A stretch of DNA of 64,000 nt from Leptolyngbyaceae cyanobacterium (GCA_965263355.1 CBDHHL010000056.1:1568001-1632000); one strand, 5' to 3'; numbered from the stretch's first letter, positions 20,240-31,196 are shown. Made by a program: numbers and translations. The notes: generated by a model from the sequence alone, not told the origin.

Positions 20240-21277
20240 GTGGAAAGTACCCTCGGATTAGAGATTATTGAAGTTGTCGAGCAGGCTGCGATCGCATCTG
20301 CTCGCTGGATGGGTAAAGGTGAAAAGGATATTGCTGACGAAGTGGCTGTAGAAGCCATGCGTGAGCGCATGAACCAGATTCACATGCGCGGCAAGATCGT
20401 AATTGGTGAAGGTGAGCGTGATGATGCTCCCATGCTTTACATCGGTGAGGAAGTCGGTGTTTGCACCCAGCCCAATGCTGAAGAGGTTTGTAACCCCGAC
20501 GAGCTAATCGAAATCGACATTGCCGTTGACCCTTGCGAAGGGACTAACCTTTGTGCATACGGTCAGCCCGGTTCCATGGCTGTCTTAGCCATTTCCGAAA
20601 AAGGTGGTTTGTTTGCCGCTCCTGACTTCTACATGAATAAGCTAGCCGCTCCCCCGGCAGCTAAGGGCAAAGTAGACATCTCCAAGTCTCCCACTGAGAA
20701 CCTGAAGATTTTGGCTGAGTGCCTAGACCGCGCTATCGACGAGCTTGTGGTTGTGGTCATGAAGCGTTCCCGCCACGACGACCTGATTAAGGAAATCCGT
20801 GATGCGGGTGCTCGTGTTCGTCTAATTAGCGATGGTGACGTATCCGCTGCTATTTCCTGTGGTTTCTCTGGGACTAATACCCACGCTCTGATGGGCATCG
20901 GCGCGGCACCTGAGGGTGTGATTTCCGCTGCCGCTATGCGTTGCCTGGGCGGTCACTTCCAGGGTCAGCTAATTTACGACCCTGAGATCGTAAAGACTGG
21001 TCTGATTGGCGAGAGCAAGGAAGCTAACCTAGAGCGTCTGTCATCTATGGGCATCGAAGACCCCGACAAGATTTACAGTGCTGAAGAGTTAGCCTGTGGT
21101 GAGACTGTTCTATTTGCGGGCTGCGGTATTACACCGGGTCTACTAATGAACGGCGTTCGCTTCTTTAAGGGCGGTGCTCGTACCCAGTCTCTAGTAATTT
21201 CCAACCAGTCCAAGACTGCTCGCTTTGTGGACACCATCCACATGGCTAACAACCCCAGCTGGGTTTCCTTGAAGTAG
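20240..21277 (+). CDS. glpX: class II fructose-1,6-/sedoheptulose-1,7-bisphosphatase
   Basis: [35 protein letters not shown] motifs; GTG start after a GGAGG RBS. Confidence 0.97.
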   Translation: MESTLGLEIIEVVEQAAIASARWMGKGEKDIADEVAVEAMRERMNQIHMRGKIVIGEGERDDAPMLYIGEEVGVCTQPNAEEVCNPDELIEIDIAVDPCEGTNLCAYGQPGSMAVLAISEKGGLFAAPDFYMNKLAAPPAAKGKVDISKSPTENLKILAECLDRAIDELVVVVMKRSRHDDLIKEIRDAGARVRLISDGDVSAAISCGFSGTNTHALMGIGAAPEGVISAAAMRCLGGHFQGQLIYDPEIVKTGLIGESKEANLERLSSMGIEDPDKIYSAEELACGETVLFAGCGITPGLLMNGVRFFKGGARTQSLVISNQSKTARFVDTIHMANNPSWVSLK

Positions 21278-21337
21278 TCCTGAGGTAAATGAGTAGGGTA
21301 CGTTACAACGCACCCTATTGAAATAATTTGTCTTAAA

Positions 21338-21375
21338 AACACTCTGGCTATTTGTCAATAGCTGGAGTGTTCTTG
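21338..21375 (+). terminator. putative intrinsic terminator after glpX
   Basis: Hairpin aacactctggctatt / aatagctggagtgtt followed by T-rich bases. Confidence 0.55.
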
Positions 21376-21665
21376 TGTCTATATGTCATTTGGTAACGGT
21401 TGGCACCAAATGATGGACTTTTGTTGAGAAACCTTGAGTTGGGGGTCGGTTTTTCTCTAACTTCAATACGTAGCGGGTCTAGTGCGGTATCGCTAGGGCG
21501 CTGATTTCATCAACTTTGAAGATAATTACGTTTACTGCGATCGTCCATTAATGGGCATGTCGGGCTTTATAATCACGTCCAGGTTGAAACCTGCAGGGCC
21601 TTCTGCAGAAAAGTGACGGTTCTGGACGTTGACAGGGTTTAAAAAGGATCTTTTTGGGAGGAAGA

Positions 21666-22955
21666 ATGAATATTGCCGTTATTGGCCTTAGCCATAAGAC
21701 TGCACCGGTAGAGGTTCGGGAAAAACTCAGCATCCCCACACCTAAAATTGAAGGTGCGATCGCAAGACTCACTAGCTATCCCCACGTCAAAGAAGTTTCC
21801 ATCCTCAGTACCTGCAACCGTCTAGAGCTACATGTAGTTTTGGATGACACCGAAAACGGCGTTCGCGAAGTCATCCAGTTTTTGGCTGAGTACAGTGACC
21901 TCCCTATCGATGAGCTTCGTCCCCACTTATTTATCCTGATCCAGCAAGATGCCATCATGCATCTGCTCCGCGTCTCTTCTGGCCTCGATAGCCTGGTATT
22001 AGGCGAAGGCCAGATTTTAGCTCAGGTGAAGCATTCTTTAGCAGAAAGCCAAAAATACAAAGGTGTAGGGCGTATCCTAAGTCGCCTGTTTAAAGACGCG
22101 ATTAAGACCGGTAAGCGGGTGCGTACCGAAACCAGCATTGGTACTGGTGCAGTTTCCGTTAGCTCTGCTGCTGCTGAGTTGGCCCAGATGAAAATTCCTG
22201 ACTTCACCAACTGCCACATCACCATTATCGGTGCCGGTAAAATGGGTCGTCTGCTAGTGAAGCACCTAGTCTCTAAGCGGGCTGTAAACATTACCCTGTT
22301 AAACCGCAGCATCAAGCGTGCCGATGATCTGGCTGCTGAGTACAGCCATGTGAACATCAAGACCGGCACCATGGATAGTATGGAAGCCGCTGTAACCAAA
22401 GCGGATGTCGTCTTCACCTGTACGTCTTCTGAAGAGCCTGTGCTGCACCGTGATAATGTTAAGCCTTGCTTAGTCGGTCGTCCTTTGAGCCTGTTTGATA
22501 TCTCTGTTCCCCGTAATGTTCACAAGAATGTTGAGGAACTAAACGGTGTTAAAGCTTACACCGTTGATGACCTCAAAGAAGTTGTCGCCAAGAATCAAGA
22601 AAGTCGTCGCAAGATGGCCCAGGAAGCTGAAGGCATTCTGGAGCAGGAATTAGCTCAATTTATGAAGTGGTTTGGTTCCCTGGATACGGTTTCCACCATC
22701 AGCAGCCTACGCACTAAGGTAGAAGCCATCCGTGAGCAGGAGCTAGAGAAAGCCTTATCTCGTCTGGGTGCTGACTTCTCCGATAAGCATCGCAACGTGG
22801 TAGAAGCCCTATCGCGCGGTATCGTCAACAAGATTTTGCACGACCCCATGACCCAGCTACGGGCCCAGGAAGACGCTGAGTCCCGTAAGCAAGCCATGGA
22901 AACCCTGCAGGTGCTGTTTAACCTGGAAGAGAAAAAGGCCGCCGCTAAGAAATAA
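21666..22955 (+). CDS. hemA: glutamyl-tRNA reductase
   Basis: [55 protein letters not shown] at 21666. Confidence 0.97.
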   Translation: MNIAVIGLSHKTAPVEVREKLSIPTPKIEGAIARLTSYPHVKEVSILSTCNRLELHVVLDDTENGVREVIQFLAEYSDLPIDELRPHLFILIQQDAIMHLLRVSSGLDSLVLGEGQILAQVKHSLAESQKYKGVGRILSRLFKDAIKTGKRVRTETSIGTGAVSVSSAAAELAQMKIPDFTNCHITIIGAGKMGRLLVKHLVSKRAVNITLLNRSIKRADDLAAEYSHVNIKTGTMDSMEAAVTKADVVFTCTSSEEPVLHRDNVKPCLVGRPLSLFDISVPRNVHKNVEELNGVKAYTVDDLKEVVAKNQESRRKMAQEAEGILEQELAQFMKWFGSLDTVSTISSLRTKVEAIREQELEKALSRLGADFSDKHRNVVEALSRGIVNKILHDPMTQLRAQEDAESRKQAMETLQVLFNLEEKKAAAKK

Positions 22956-23000
22956 GGTACCCCAGATATCCCTTCCCTGGGAAGGGCCTTACGTCCACCC

Positions 23001-23028
23001 ATAGGGGCATTGCATGCAATGCCCCTAT
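23001..23028. repeat. perfect 28-bp palindrome (REP-like or terminator)
   Basis: ATAGGGGCATTGCATGCAATGCCCCTAT downstream of hemA. Confidence 0.7.
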
Positions 23029-23061
23029 ATTATTGTTGCAGACAATCGCTAGGGTTTTGAC

Positions 23062-23788
23062 ATGTTGCGTCGTCTGATTTTGTTATTAATTACCATCGTT
23101 TGTCTAGGGTGTACCCAGGCCAATATTGCTACCACTGATAGCATCTATAGCTACAAACAACCCAGCAGCGACGGCATCGGTAAAGTCTACATGGGTCGCG
23201 AAATTGCCCAGGTTATGGGCCACCAGGGAGCCTACTGGTTAGAACGCCCTAGCCGTGAGGCAGACGAACGACCTGATATGGCAGTGGAGGCCCTGAAACT
23301 CAAGTCAACGGATACGGTGGCCGATATTGGCGCAGGTACAGGCTATATGAGTTTTCGGATGGCGCGTCAGGTGCCTGAGGGTCAGGTACTCGCCGTAGAT
23401 TTGCAGCCAGAGATGATTGAGATTTGCAGCCTGATTGGCAGAGGGTCGTGAGCAGCAAGGTCTTACCAACGTGCAAACCATTCAGGCCGAGGAAGACAAC
23501 CCACATTTGCCATTCGAGCAAGTCGACCTGGCGCTAATGGTGGATGCATACCATGAGTTTGAGGCTCCTCGGGAGGTGATGATTGGCATAGTGGATGCGT
23601 TAAAGCCTGGTGGTCGTGTGGTGCTGGCGGAATATCGGGCAGAGAATCCGCTGATTATGATCAAGCGGCTACACAAAATGAGTGAGGCACAAGTTAAGAA
23701 AGAAATGGCCGCAGTAGGCTTGACCTGGGTAAAAACAGATGAACGATTGCCGCAGCAGCACTTGTTATTCTTTCAAAAAGCGGCCTAG
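23062..23788 (+). pseudogene. class I SAM methyltransferase with lipoprotein-like signal, split by a frameshift near 23427-23436
   Basis: ORF 23062-23451 carries ADIGAGTGY and AVDLQPEM; ORF 23435-23788 carries VDAYHE, LKPGG, LPQQH; removing 10 bp joins them in frame. Confidence 0.8.
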
Positions 23789-23834
23789 AAAGGATGGCTG
23801 CAATGCTTATTAACAAGTCTAGCCCCCATGAGTG

Positions 23835-24413
23835 CTAAGTATCATCAGCCTCAAAATTGGCTGCGTACTGACCATACCCTTCTGCGTCCAAATCAGCTAG
23901 AGGAATAAAGCGTAGGGCTGCAGAATTCATACAGTAGCGCAAACCTGTTGGTGCAGGGCCATCTTTAAAGACATGTCCCAGATGGGAATCAGCCTGACGA
24001 CTACGCACTTCAGTCCGTAACATAAAGAACGAACGGTCTTCTACCGTAACAATATTGGCCGGTTCGAGCGGTTGGAAAAAAGAAGGCCAGCCTGTCCCCG
24101 ATGCAAACTTATCTAGGGAGGAGAAAAGTGGTTCCCCCGATACCACATCGACATAGATACCTGGCTGTTTGTTGTTCCAGTAGGCATTTCTAAAGGGGGG
24201 TTCGGTGTCATCTTTTTGTGTGACAGCATACTGCTGCTCTGTCAGCATAGCCTTCAAAGCCTCTGCATCCGGCTTCTGAAACGCAACATCGTTGGTTTCC
24301 AGGGCGATACTTGGTGCCATCGACAGAGTAGCTTTTTTAGGATAGATCGGCGCAAAGAGAGTTACCCCCACTATCAGTAAACAGAACAGAATAATCCCGT
24401 AAAGTCGTTTCAT
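23835..24413 (-). CDS. msrB: peptide-methionine (R)-S-oxide reductase with N-terminal signal/anchor
   Basis: [30 protein letters not shown] motifs. Confidence 0.95.
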   Translation of the reverse strand: MKRLYGIILFCLLIVGVTLFAPIYPKKATLSMAPSIALETNDVAFQKPDAEALKAMLTEQQYAVTQKDDTEPPFRNAYWNNKQPGIYVDVVSGEPLFSSLDKFASGTGWPSFFQPLEPANIVTVEDRSFFMLRTEVRSRQADSHLGHVFKDGPAPTGLRYCMNSAALRFIPLADLDAEGYGQYAANFEADDT

Positions 24414-24457
24414 TAGCCCTTTAATAACAACAGCTTAAACAGTGAAAAACCTGGATC

Positions 24458-24664
24458 TTAACGCGCCAAGTCATGTGATGATAGCAACTCCCTCACCCAA
24501 CTGCGTAGTGACTGAATTAACTGATTCTCAGTATCCGCTAACATGGCCCGATAGGTTTGCCAGGTAATATTGGGTAAAACAACGAGTTGCGTAAGTTGCC
24601 CCTCTACGTTTTCTAGGTCTAACTCACTAACCTGAGTTGAAATCATCACCATGGCCAAGGCCAA
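24458..24664 (-). pseudogene. internally deleted Uma2-family endonuclease remnant
   Basis: Uma2-like N-terminus VVLPNITWQTYRAMLAD joined directly to a Uma2-like C-terminus ENQLIQSLRSWVRE; nuclease core absent. Confidence 0.6.
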
Positions 24665-24753
24665 ACACAGCCATAATTACCTTCTACAAGGTCTAAATAG
24701 GGAATTTACCCATGCTGATTTGAAGTGATCCTTAATTCGATTTCTTTCAATCT

Positions 24754-25218
24754 ATGGATAGTTCCTTCGAGCGTCTCTTTGACTATTTTTGGTTACTGGC
24801 CATTCTGACGAATGTCCTCAACACGATTATTATTTGGGTTAAAACGCGACCCTATGTCAAACAAAAGCCAGAGTTGGCTCCAGGGTACAGCACCCTGATT
24901 AGGGGATTTTTCTTCTGGGTCAATGTACCTTGGGTGGTTATGGGAGCTGGCTTCTTATTCGGCAAAGTTCCCAGTATTGGAGCCTTTTTTGAGCCTCAAT
25001 TACAAAATTCTTTTGTGCTGGCCTGGTGGGGAACGATGTTCCTGCTGTATGGTCTGGGCACCTACTGGATTTTGTGGAATGGTGGGGCAGAAATGCTGGT
25101 CAAACATCCAGGTTTCTTGCGGCAAACCCCATCAAATCCTAAAATTATCAAGCTATTTTGGCTGTTAGCTTTGGCAGGTGGAGTCACCGCATCAGTAATG
25201 GTCTTATCCTCCAGATGA
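24754..25218 (+). CDS. hypothetical membrane protein (about 4 TM)
   Basis: Hydrophobic helices; W..GGAE.L.KHPG segment. Confidence 0.8.
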   Translation: MDSSFERLFDYFWLLAILTNVLNTIIIWVKTRPYVKQKPELAPGYSTLIRGFFFWVNVPWVVMGAGFLFGKVPSIGAFFEPQLQNSFVLAWWGTMFLLYGLGTYWILWNGGAEMLVKHPGFLRQTPSNPKIIKLFWLLALAGGVTASVMVLSSR

Positions 25219-25643
25219 TTATCCCCGTCTATCTCTTAGACGAATTGTCTCCTCGGTACCCATAAGCACCTGTAACCGATTCCCTAACGGATTAATCAGT
25301 CGATTTCCGCCGGTTGTTGTCTCCAGACTCGCTACGACAACTACTGACTGTCCATAGGGTAATGTCTCACGTTCAAAATCCTTAAATACACTCTCCACGT
25401 CACCCCACCTGTCCAAAGGGAAAGGATAGATCTCATCTTTCGGCTCATGAACGTAACCTGGCTGACATTTTTAACAGGCTTCCTGACCTTAGTTTTCAAA
25501 TTGCCTGGGTTAAATGCAACCAATGATCCCAGAAAATCAAACTAACTTGAAATTCTTTGCTCAAGGTTAAATTTATCACTGTTGACAATGCAACACTAAT
25601 TATCCATAGTTCGCAGTGGAGCGTTGATTCTCAGAAGTTGATC

Positions 25644-26741
25644 ATGAAACGTGTTCTCGCCTGTCTGATTTTAACCATTGCCCTATGTTTAGCCGGGGCT
25701 ATGCCTGCCACTGCTGCTGCTAACAATGTTGTTGAGTTTCCGTTAGCATGGCCCAACAAAAATACAAGTGATTGTGCCAATAAAGTTGGTTCTACCCATG
25801 AAATCACCTATGACCCTAATGGCGGGGATGTCCTGTGGATAACAGGACAAAATTATGATGAAATTGCCCGTGTCACATCGGATGGAGCAGTTAATTTTTT
25901 TAATATGCCCACCAAAAGTGGTCCCCATGGCATTGAATTTGATGCCGATGGCCACCTTTGGGTCTCATTGGAATTTGCAGGCTCTGTAGTCCAAATTTCA
26001 CCAGATGGAGAAATTTTAAAAACTATTGATGTAAAACTTTATGCTGATGGAGCGAAAGATCCCATCAATACCCATCCCCATGGATTAGGCCTGGGGGTAG
26101 ATGGTCATACCCTATGGTTTACAGGCAAAAAGACTAATACATTGGGCAAAATTAACCCTGATGGCTCCGTTGAGCACTTTGAACTGCCTACGGTCGGTGC
26201 AGTGCCTATTTATCTGGCCACTGGTCCCGATGGTAACATTTGGTCCACCGAGCTTGTCGGTAACCATATTGCTCGCATCACTCCAACAGGGGATGTCAAA
26301 GAGTTTGGAATTCCCACCCACAACAGTCGACCGATCGCCATTGTTCGAGGCCCTGATGGCCAATCTATGTGGTTTAGTGAAGAAGCAGGGAATAAGGTTG
26401 CTCGCATTGACATGGATGGCCATATTACTGAATTTCCTGTGCCAATTCCCCAAGCGAATTTTATTCTTGCTGGAATGGCCTTCGATAAACAAGGAAACCT
26501 GTGGACCCATGGCTATGTGGATCAGAATGATCCATTTCCAGAAGGCCCAGACTACATTGTCAAATTTGACGCGGCTATTACCACGGCTACCCCTGGAGAC
26601 CTATCGCAAATACCCATTACCTATTACCAGGTGCCATCTCGCAAAACGATTATGCACCGCATCACTCAGGGGCCAGACGGCAACATCTGGTTTACTGAAC
26701 TAGGCATTGATAAACTTGGCAAGCTGGTTGAGAGATTGTAG
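25644..26741 (+). CDS. secreted virginiamycin B lyase (Vgb)-like beta-propeller protein
   Basis: Signal peptide MKRVLACL..AMPATAA; repeats of GPDG..WF.E..NK.ARI...G...EF.P; ATG at 25644. Confidence 0.85.
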   Translation: MKRVLACLILTIALCLAGAMPATAAANNVVEFPLAWPNKNTSDCANKVGSTHEITYDPNGGDVLWITGQNYDEIARVTSDGAVNFFNMPTKSGPHGIEFDADGHLWVSLEFAGSVVQISPDGEILKTIDVKLYADGAKDPINTHPHGLGLGVDGHTLWFTGKKTNTLGKINPDGSVEHFELPTVGAVPIYLATGPDGNIWSTELVGNHIARITPTGDVKEFGIPTHNSRPIAIVRGPDGQSMWFSEEAGNKVARIDMDGHITEFPVPIPQANFILAGMAFDKQGNLWTHGYVDQNDPFPEGPDYIVKFDAAITTATPGDLSQIPITYYQVPSRKTIMHRITQGPDGNIWFTELGIDKLGKLVERL

Positions 26742-26924
26742 GGTCAGCGTGCCCTATGGGCACGCATTAATCAAGGCCAAACTTTACCTCTAGCATCAGA
26801 AGATCTGGACGGTGGATTACCTCACTTGGCATGAACTTATCCTGTTGTCAGCCCTGCCTCATCTCTAACCCTACGGAATTTAGTACACTCTTGCCTAAGC
26901 TGTCATCGATCTTAGGTCCTGATA

Positions 26925-27926
26925 ATGAGCGAAATTCCGGCTAATCAACCAAGCTTTGGTAATCCCAAAATCATGCTAGTGGCCTCCCGTGCCCTGGCCG
27001 CATCGCGTCCATCTCTGATCGCCTTTTTAGTAGCCCAGGGGGCTGCCTTAAGCGGTGGCATTGCTGATGCAATCTCCTTTTGCAATGTGCTGTTTGTCGG
27101 CAACTTTTGTGCCTCTCTAGTGGTGGGTTTCTGGTTTGGCTTTGGCAATATTCTCAACGACTTTAAATCGCTGAAGCCCATGGCCATGGCGGGCCTGATC
27201 CTAAATGGCTGCTTAGCCACGTTACTATCTGGCTTAATTTTTACCGGGTTACAATACACTACCGTAACCAACGCTGTCTTACTAGGGCGGCTGGGTCCCG
27301 TGCTATTTGCCTTAGTGGGTGCCGTACTACTGGGTAAAAAGATCCGCAACCTTGAATGGTTGGGCTTTTCTCTTATTGTGGTTGGTGTCATCGCTACTGC
27401 CTTAAAAACTAGCAATTTTCAAGTCAATAAAGGCGATTTTTATATTTTGCTCTCAACGGTGGTATTTGCAGCAGCATCCTTAGTCAATCGCTTAATGATT
27501 GCCAAAACTGCGACCTTACCTGTGGTTGTATTTTCACGCAATTTTATATCTTCAATTTTCTTTTTCTTTATCGCCATCCGACTCTTTGGGCCAGAGCACT
27601 TTGGCGATGCCTTTAGTGGCCAGTTATGGATCATCATGGCCATCTATTCATTGATTGTGATTGTATTTGCCCAATTCCTTTGGTATGCATCCGTTGATAA
27701 GTTAGATTCTCGGACCATCGGACGTTTAACGGTGCTGTCTCCTATTTTTGGTGTTACCTATGCTTTTGTACTCAACGGAGAACGTCCCTCCTCTATTCAG
27801 GTTGTGACATTAATCATTGTGATTGTTGGGGTATTAATTGCCAGCCTCGGGGGACGGCAGCAAAAAACAACATCAACCATGGACATGATGATGGAAGAAC
27901 CTGAAAATGCGGCATCTGCACCATAG
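26925..27926 (+). CDS. DMT/EamA family transporter
   Basis: About 10 TM helices in two repeats; GLQYTTVTNA..L, L.PIFGV.....L.GE motifs. Confidence 0.9.
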   Translation: MSEIPANQPSFGNPKIMLVASRALAASRPSLIAFLVAQGAALSGGIADAISFCNVLFVGNFCASLVVGFWFGFGNILNDFKSLKPMAMAGLILNGCLATLLSGLIFTGLQYTTVTNAVLLGRLGPVLFALVGAVLLGKKIRNLEWLGFSLIVVGVIATALKTSNFQVNKGDFYILLSTVVFAAASLVNRLMIAKTATLPVVVFSRNFISSIFFFFIAIRLFGPEHFGDAFSGQLWIIMAIYSLIVIVFAQFLWYASVDKLDSRTIGRLTVLSPIFGVTYAFVLNGERPSSIQVVTLIIVIVGVLIASLGGRQQKTTSTMDMMMEEPENAASAP

Positions 27927-28054
27927 ATCCATAGTTCTCATTAGTTCTCATTTTTTTTCGAGACGTTAAGCCTGTGGTCGGAGTGTACCCAGGCTGATTT
28001 CATATTTCTAGTTTTTTATGCTGTTATGCTGCTGAAACACCTGAAGGGGTCCCT

Positions 28055-29479
28055 ATGTTTAAAGCCTCCGACTACTCTCATCTACTGCATCAGTTGGAAC
28101 AGTATTTTACGGATTCCACCAACTTTAAACCTGTGGCTAATCCGATTGCTCCAGAGCAGCTACGGGATAAGTTATGCCTGGATTTAACCGCTGATGGTAA
28201 ACCTTTAGACGAACTCAATATAGATATTGCCAATTATTTGAATCATGCTGTCAAAACAGCTCACCCCCGCTACTTTAATCAGCTGTGGGGCGGCTTTAAT
28301 GCCCCTTGTTTGATGGGGGATATGTTAACGAGTGCCACGAATACCTCCATGTATACCTACGAGGTGGCTCCTGTGGCAACGTTAATTGAGAAAACGCTGA
28401 TTGCTAAGCTAGGAGACCTGATTGGATTCTCTAACCCGGAGGGACAGTTCACTACGGGCGGCAGCAACGGCAATTTTATGGCCATGGCCATGGCCTGTTA
28501 TCGGGCCATGCCCACGCTAAAACAAACTGGTCTGGCAAATGCACCCAAGCTGGTGGCGTTTGTGTCTGAAGAAGCTCACTATTCCTTTGATAAAGCCGCG
28601 CATTTGCTAGGCTTGGGCACAGAACAGCTGTGGAAAGTCCCTGTTAATGCTGCGGGTCAAATGGTGGTGGCGGCCCTGGAGGAGCTAATTGAAAAAGCGC
28701 ATGGTCAAGGAATAAGACCGTTTTTTGTGGCTGGGACAGCCGGAACAACGGTGCGGGGAGCCTACGATCCGTTTACTGAGATTGCAGCCGTGGCCCAGCG
28801 AGAAGGATTATGGTTTCACATTGATGGAGCCTGGGGAGCGAGCGTATTGCTCAGCCCGACCCATAGATACCTGATGCAGGGTGTGGACCAAGCAGACTCG
28901 GTTGTTTGGGATGCTCACAAAATGATGGGGATGACCCTGATGTGCTCAATGCTGCTGGTAAAGCAGCGGGGCACTATGCTAAGCACGTTTTCCACCCACG
29001 GCACTGACTATCTTTTTCATGATACTGAGGAAGAGCCGACGGATTTGGGGCCTGGTACTATGCACTGTGGTCGCCGGGTGGATGCGGTCAAACTATGGCT
29101 CACCTGGAAGCACCTGGGCGATCGCGGTTGGGCAAGTCTGATTGATCGCTATTTTGATCAGGCAACCCTGGCCGAAGCTATTATCAATGCCCATCCATCG
29201 CTGACGTTGGTGACGCCACGACAGTCGCTAAATCTTTGTTTTCAATACTTGCCAAGGAACCCTCAGCAAACGGCTGATGACTTTACCCTAAAGATTCGGC
29301 AAAGACTCTGGGAAGAGGGCTTGGCCATGGTGAACTATGCCAAGGTTGATGGCAAACTCGTCTTTCGTCTGATACTTTGCAACAACCAAACTAGTCGGTC
29401 AGACATTGAGTCATTTTTTGACACCTTAACCACTATTGGTCAGCGTTTAGAACGAGAAGGCGACATTAGAATGGCTTAA
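28055..29479 (+). CDS. group II PLP-dependent decarboxylase, probable cysteine sulfinic acid decarboxylase
   Basis: HPRYFNQL, YTYEVAPV, AGTT..GAYDP, HIDGAWG, PLP lysine in DAHKMM; specificity triad W78/S98/Y100. Confidence 0.88.
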   Translation: MFKASDYSHLLHQLEQYFTDSTNFKPVANPIAPEQLRDKLCLDLTADGKPLDELNIDIANYLNHAVKTAHPRYFNQLWGGFNAPCLMGDMLTSATNTSMYTYEVAPVATLIEKTLIAKLGDLIGFSNPEGQFTTGGSNGNFMAMAMACYRAMPTLKQTGLANAPKLVAFVSEEAHYSFDKAAHLLGLGTEQLWKVPVNAAGQMVVAALEELIEKAHGQGIRPFFVAGTAGTTVRGAYDPFTEIAAVAQREGLWFHIDGAWGASVLLSPTHRYLMQGVDQADSVVWDAHKMMGMTLMCSMLLVKQRGTMLSTFSTHGTDYLFHDTEEEPTDLGPGTMHCGRRVDAVKLWLTWKHLGDRGWASLIDRYFDQATLAEAIINAHPSLTLVTPRQSLNLCFQYLPRNPQQTADDFTLKIRQRLWEEGLAMVNYAKVDGKLVFRLILCNNQTSRSDIESFFDTLTTIGQRLEREGDIRMA

Positions 29480-31196
29480 ATTCAGGTGTCACAATCTGCT
29501 CAGCATTAGCCTCAATATAGTCCCAAATTAATCGGCATACTGGCCGTTTCTGACCGATGTTGCAATTCTCATGTAAATCCACATAGGGCAAAAAGTTGTA
29601 TTCATTAAATGCGCCACCGGTCTCAGCTAAGGGTCGAGAAATATCGGTGGTGATCAGGTCAAAGCCTAGGGTAAGCGAGGAAAAGCGGCGGGAAAAGTCA
29701 ATGCAGTCTTGAATAATGCTGGCGTGCAATTGATCCGTACAGTCTACATAGTCTGATCCGGTAGATGCCGTGATTTTTTTCTGGATATAAAAGATTTCTC
29801 TCGTTGGTAAAACAGTCTCCAGGGTGTAGCCTGCCTCTCGCAAAAGAGAACGACTTGTGTCGTCAAAGACAAGTTGATGGAGCGTCGTATGGGCTTCGTA
29901 ACGGTCGGCTCGCCCTGGTTCCTGATTACGCAAATGAAACAACTCTAGAATCGTATGCTTGCCATCACCGATCACATTAGCAGGCCGTCGTTCTACACAG
30001 CCTGCATATTGATGATTGATAATGAGCACCCGATAGTCACGGCCTGAAATGTGTGACTCTAGCTTAATCACATCACCATTGGCCTCAATCACAGCAACAG
30101 CCTGTTTGAGTTGATCAACGGTTTGTAAATTTGGAAATACATTCTGACTGAGAGAGCCAAAATCTGGCTTAGCGACGATGGGATAAGACAGCTGCCCAAA
30201 GGGAATATTAACAGAAGATTTAAAGGTGCCATAGGAGATCGGGACAGCCAATCCATCCTCCCCCATCAGGGCTAATTTGCGAGATTTAGTTTGCTCGTAA
30301 TCGTAATCTTTATATTGGCTGCGAAAGGAGAAAAGACCTGGGTAAATCTTATAGATAAACCCTTTGCCATCTCGTTCAGCTCGAAATATTCTGTCTTCTA
30401 GGCTGTAAATTTTGAGTTCAAACCCACGACGCATGCCCTCTTGCATCACGGTCCAAATGCGTTTGGTCACATGGTGATAGTCAATGCCGTCACTATCAGA
30501 ATGCTCGCTCGTAACGATAGCTTTAGGGGTGATAAATGTTGCCGTATCAACTTTGGTCACGTTTGCGATCGCACCCACCTCACAGTTAATCTCTCGCACA
30601 TTTGCGGTTAGGGGAGTTTGGTATAGAAGGCATGCCAAATCAATTGAATTTCTCACCAATAAACGAGCCGCTCGATTCACCTGTACCGAATGCTTGCCCT
30701 TCGCCTCAATAAACCCTGTTTCACTGTCCATGGGCTGTAACCAAGTCACCACATTATCCGGCGGGTGGGTATAGCCCAATCGGCTAAAGGCCAAACAGGT
30801 TCTGGCAACACAGTCGCCTTCGGCATCCCCCACAATCACCATGCCAAAGACCTTGTTATAGAAAGCAGATTGCCCAGTAGTTGGGTCAATACCAGAACAA
30901 CCAGCCCCCTGTAACCGTTCAATTAGTTTCTGACATTCTGACGAATATTGCCCTCTTGATACAGGAACTCCCAAAATTAGGATATCAGCCCAGTAAATCT
31001 GTTCTAAAACTTGGTTTAATGCATCATGGGGACCTGAATTGGGCAAAATCTGAAAATCGATTAGCCGTAACTGCTGGACCTGACAGCCCTGTTGCCGATA
31101 CAAGTCAGCAACAAGGGTCCATAGAGCACCCGTATTACTGATTTCTGGAGACTGTTTGACTGTGCAATTAATAAAAAGAACTTTAGGAGAATGCAT
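29466..31196 (-). CDS. fusion of NAD(P)H-dependent flavodoxin-like domain and CphA/GshF-type ATP-grasp ligase
   Basis: N-terminal FINCT.K.SP..SNT and ADILILG.P...G..SS...KLIERL; C-terminal P.V.KP, DYRVLI, R.PANVIGDG.HTI.EL, GFDLI..DIS.PL, EYN. Confidence 0.85.
   Translation of the reverse strand: MHSPKVLFINCTVKQSPEISNTGALWTLVADLYRQQGCQVQQLRLIDFQILPNSGPHDALNQVLEQIYWADILILGVPVSRGQYSSECQKLIERLQGAGCSGIDPTTGQSAFYNKVFGMVIVGDAEGDCVARTCLAFSRLGYTHPPDNVVTWLQPMDSETGFIEAKGKHSVQVNRAARLLVRNSIDLACLLYQTPLTANVREINCEVGAIANVTKVDTATFITPKAIVTSEHSDSDGIDYHHVTKRIWTVMQEGMRRGFELKIYSLEDRIFRAERDGKGFIYKIYPGLFSFRSQYKDYDYEQTKSRKLALMGEDGLAVPISYGTFKSSVNIPFGQLSYPIVAKPDFGSLSQNVFPNLQTVDQLKQAVAVIEANGDVIKLESHISGRDYRVLIINHQYAGCVERRPANVIGDGKHTILELFHLRNQEPGRADRYEAHTTLHQLVFDDTSRSLLREAGYTLETVLPTREIFYIQKKITASTGSDYVDCTDQLHASIIQDCIDFSRRFSSLTLGFDLITTDISRPLAETGGAFNEYNFLPYVDLHENCNIGQKRPVCRLIWDYIEANAEQIVTPEFKPF

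Noticed and set aside
25219..25523. Two short overlapping minus-strand ORFs as a frameshifted gene remnant
   Set aside because: No recognisable family; cannot be supported without a search
29466..31196. Calling this gene cyanophycin synthetase (cphA) or gshF
   Set aside because: It lacks the Mur-ligase domain of CphA and the glutamate-cysteine ligase domain of GshF, and no cphB is adjacent
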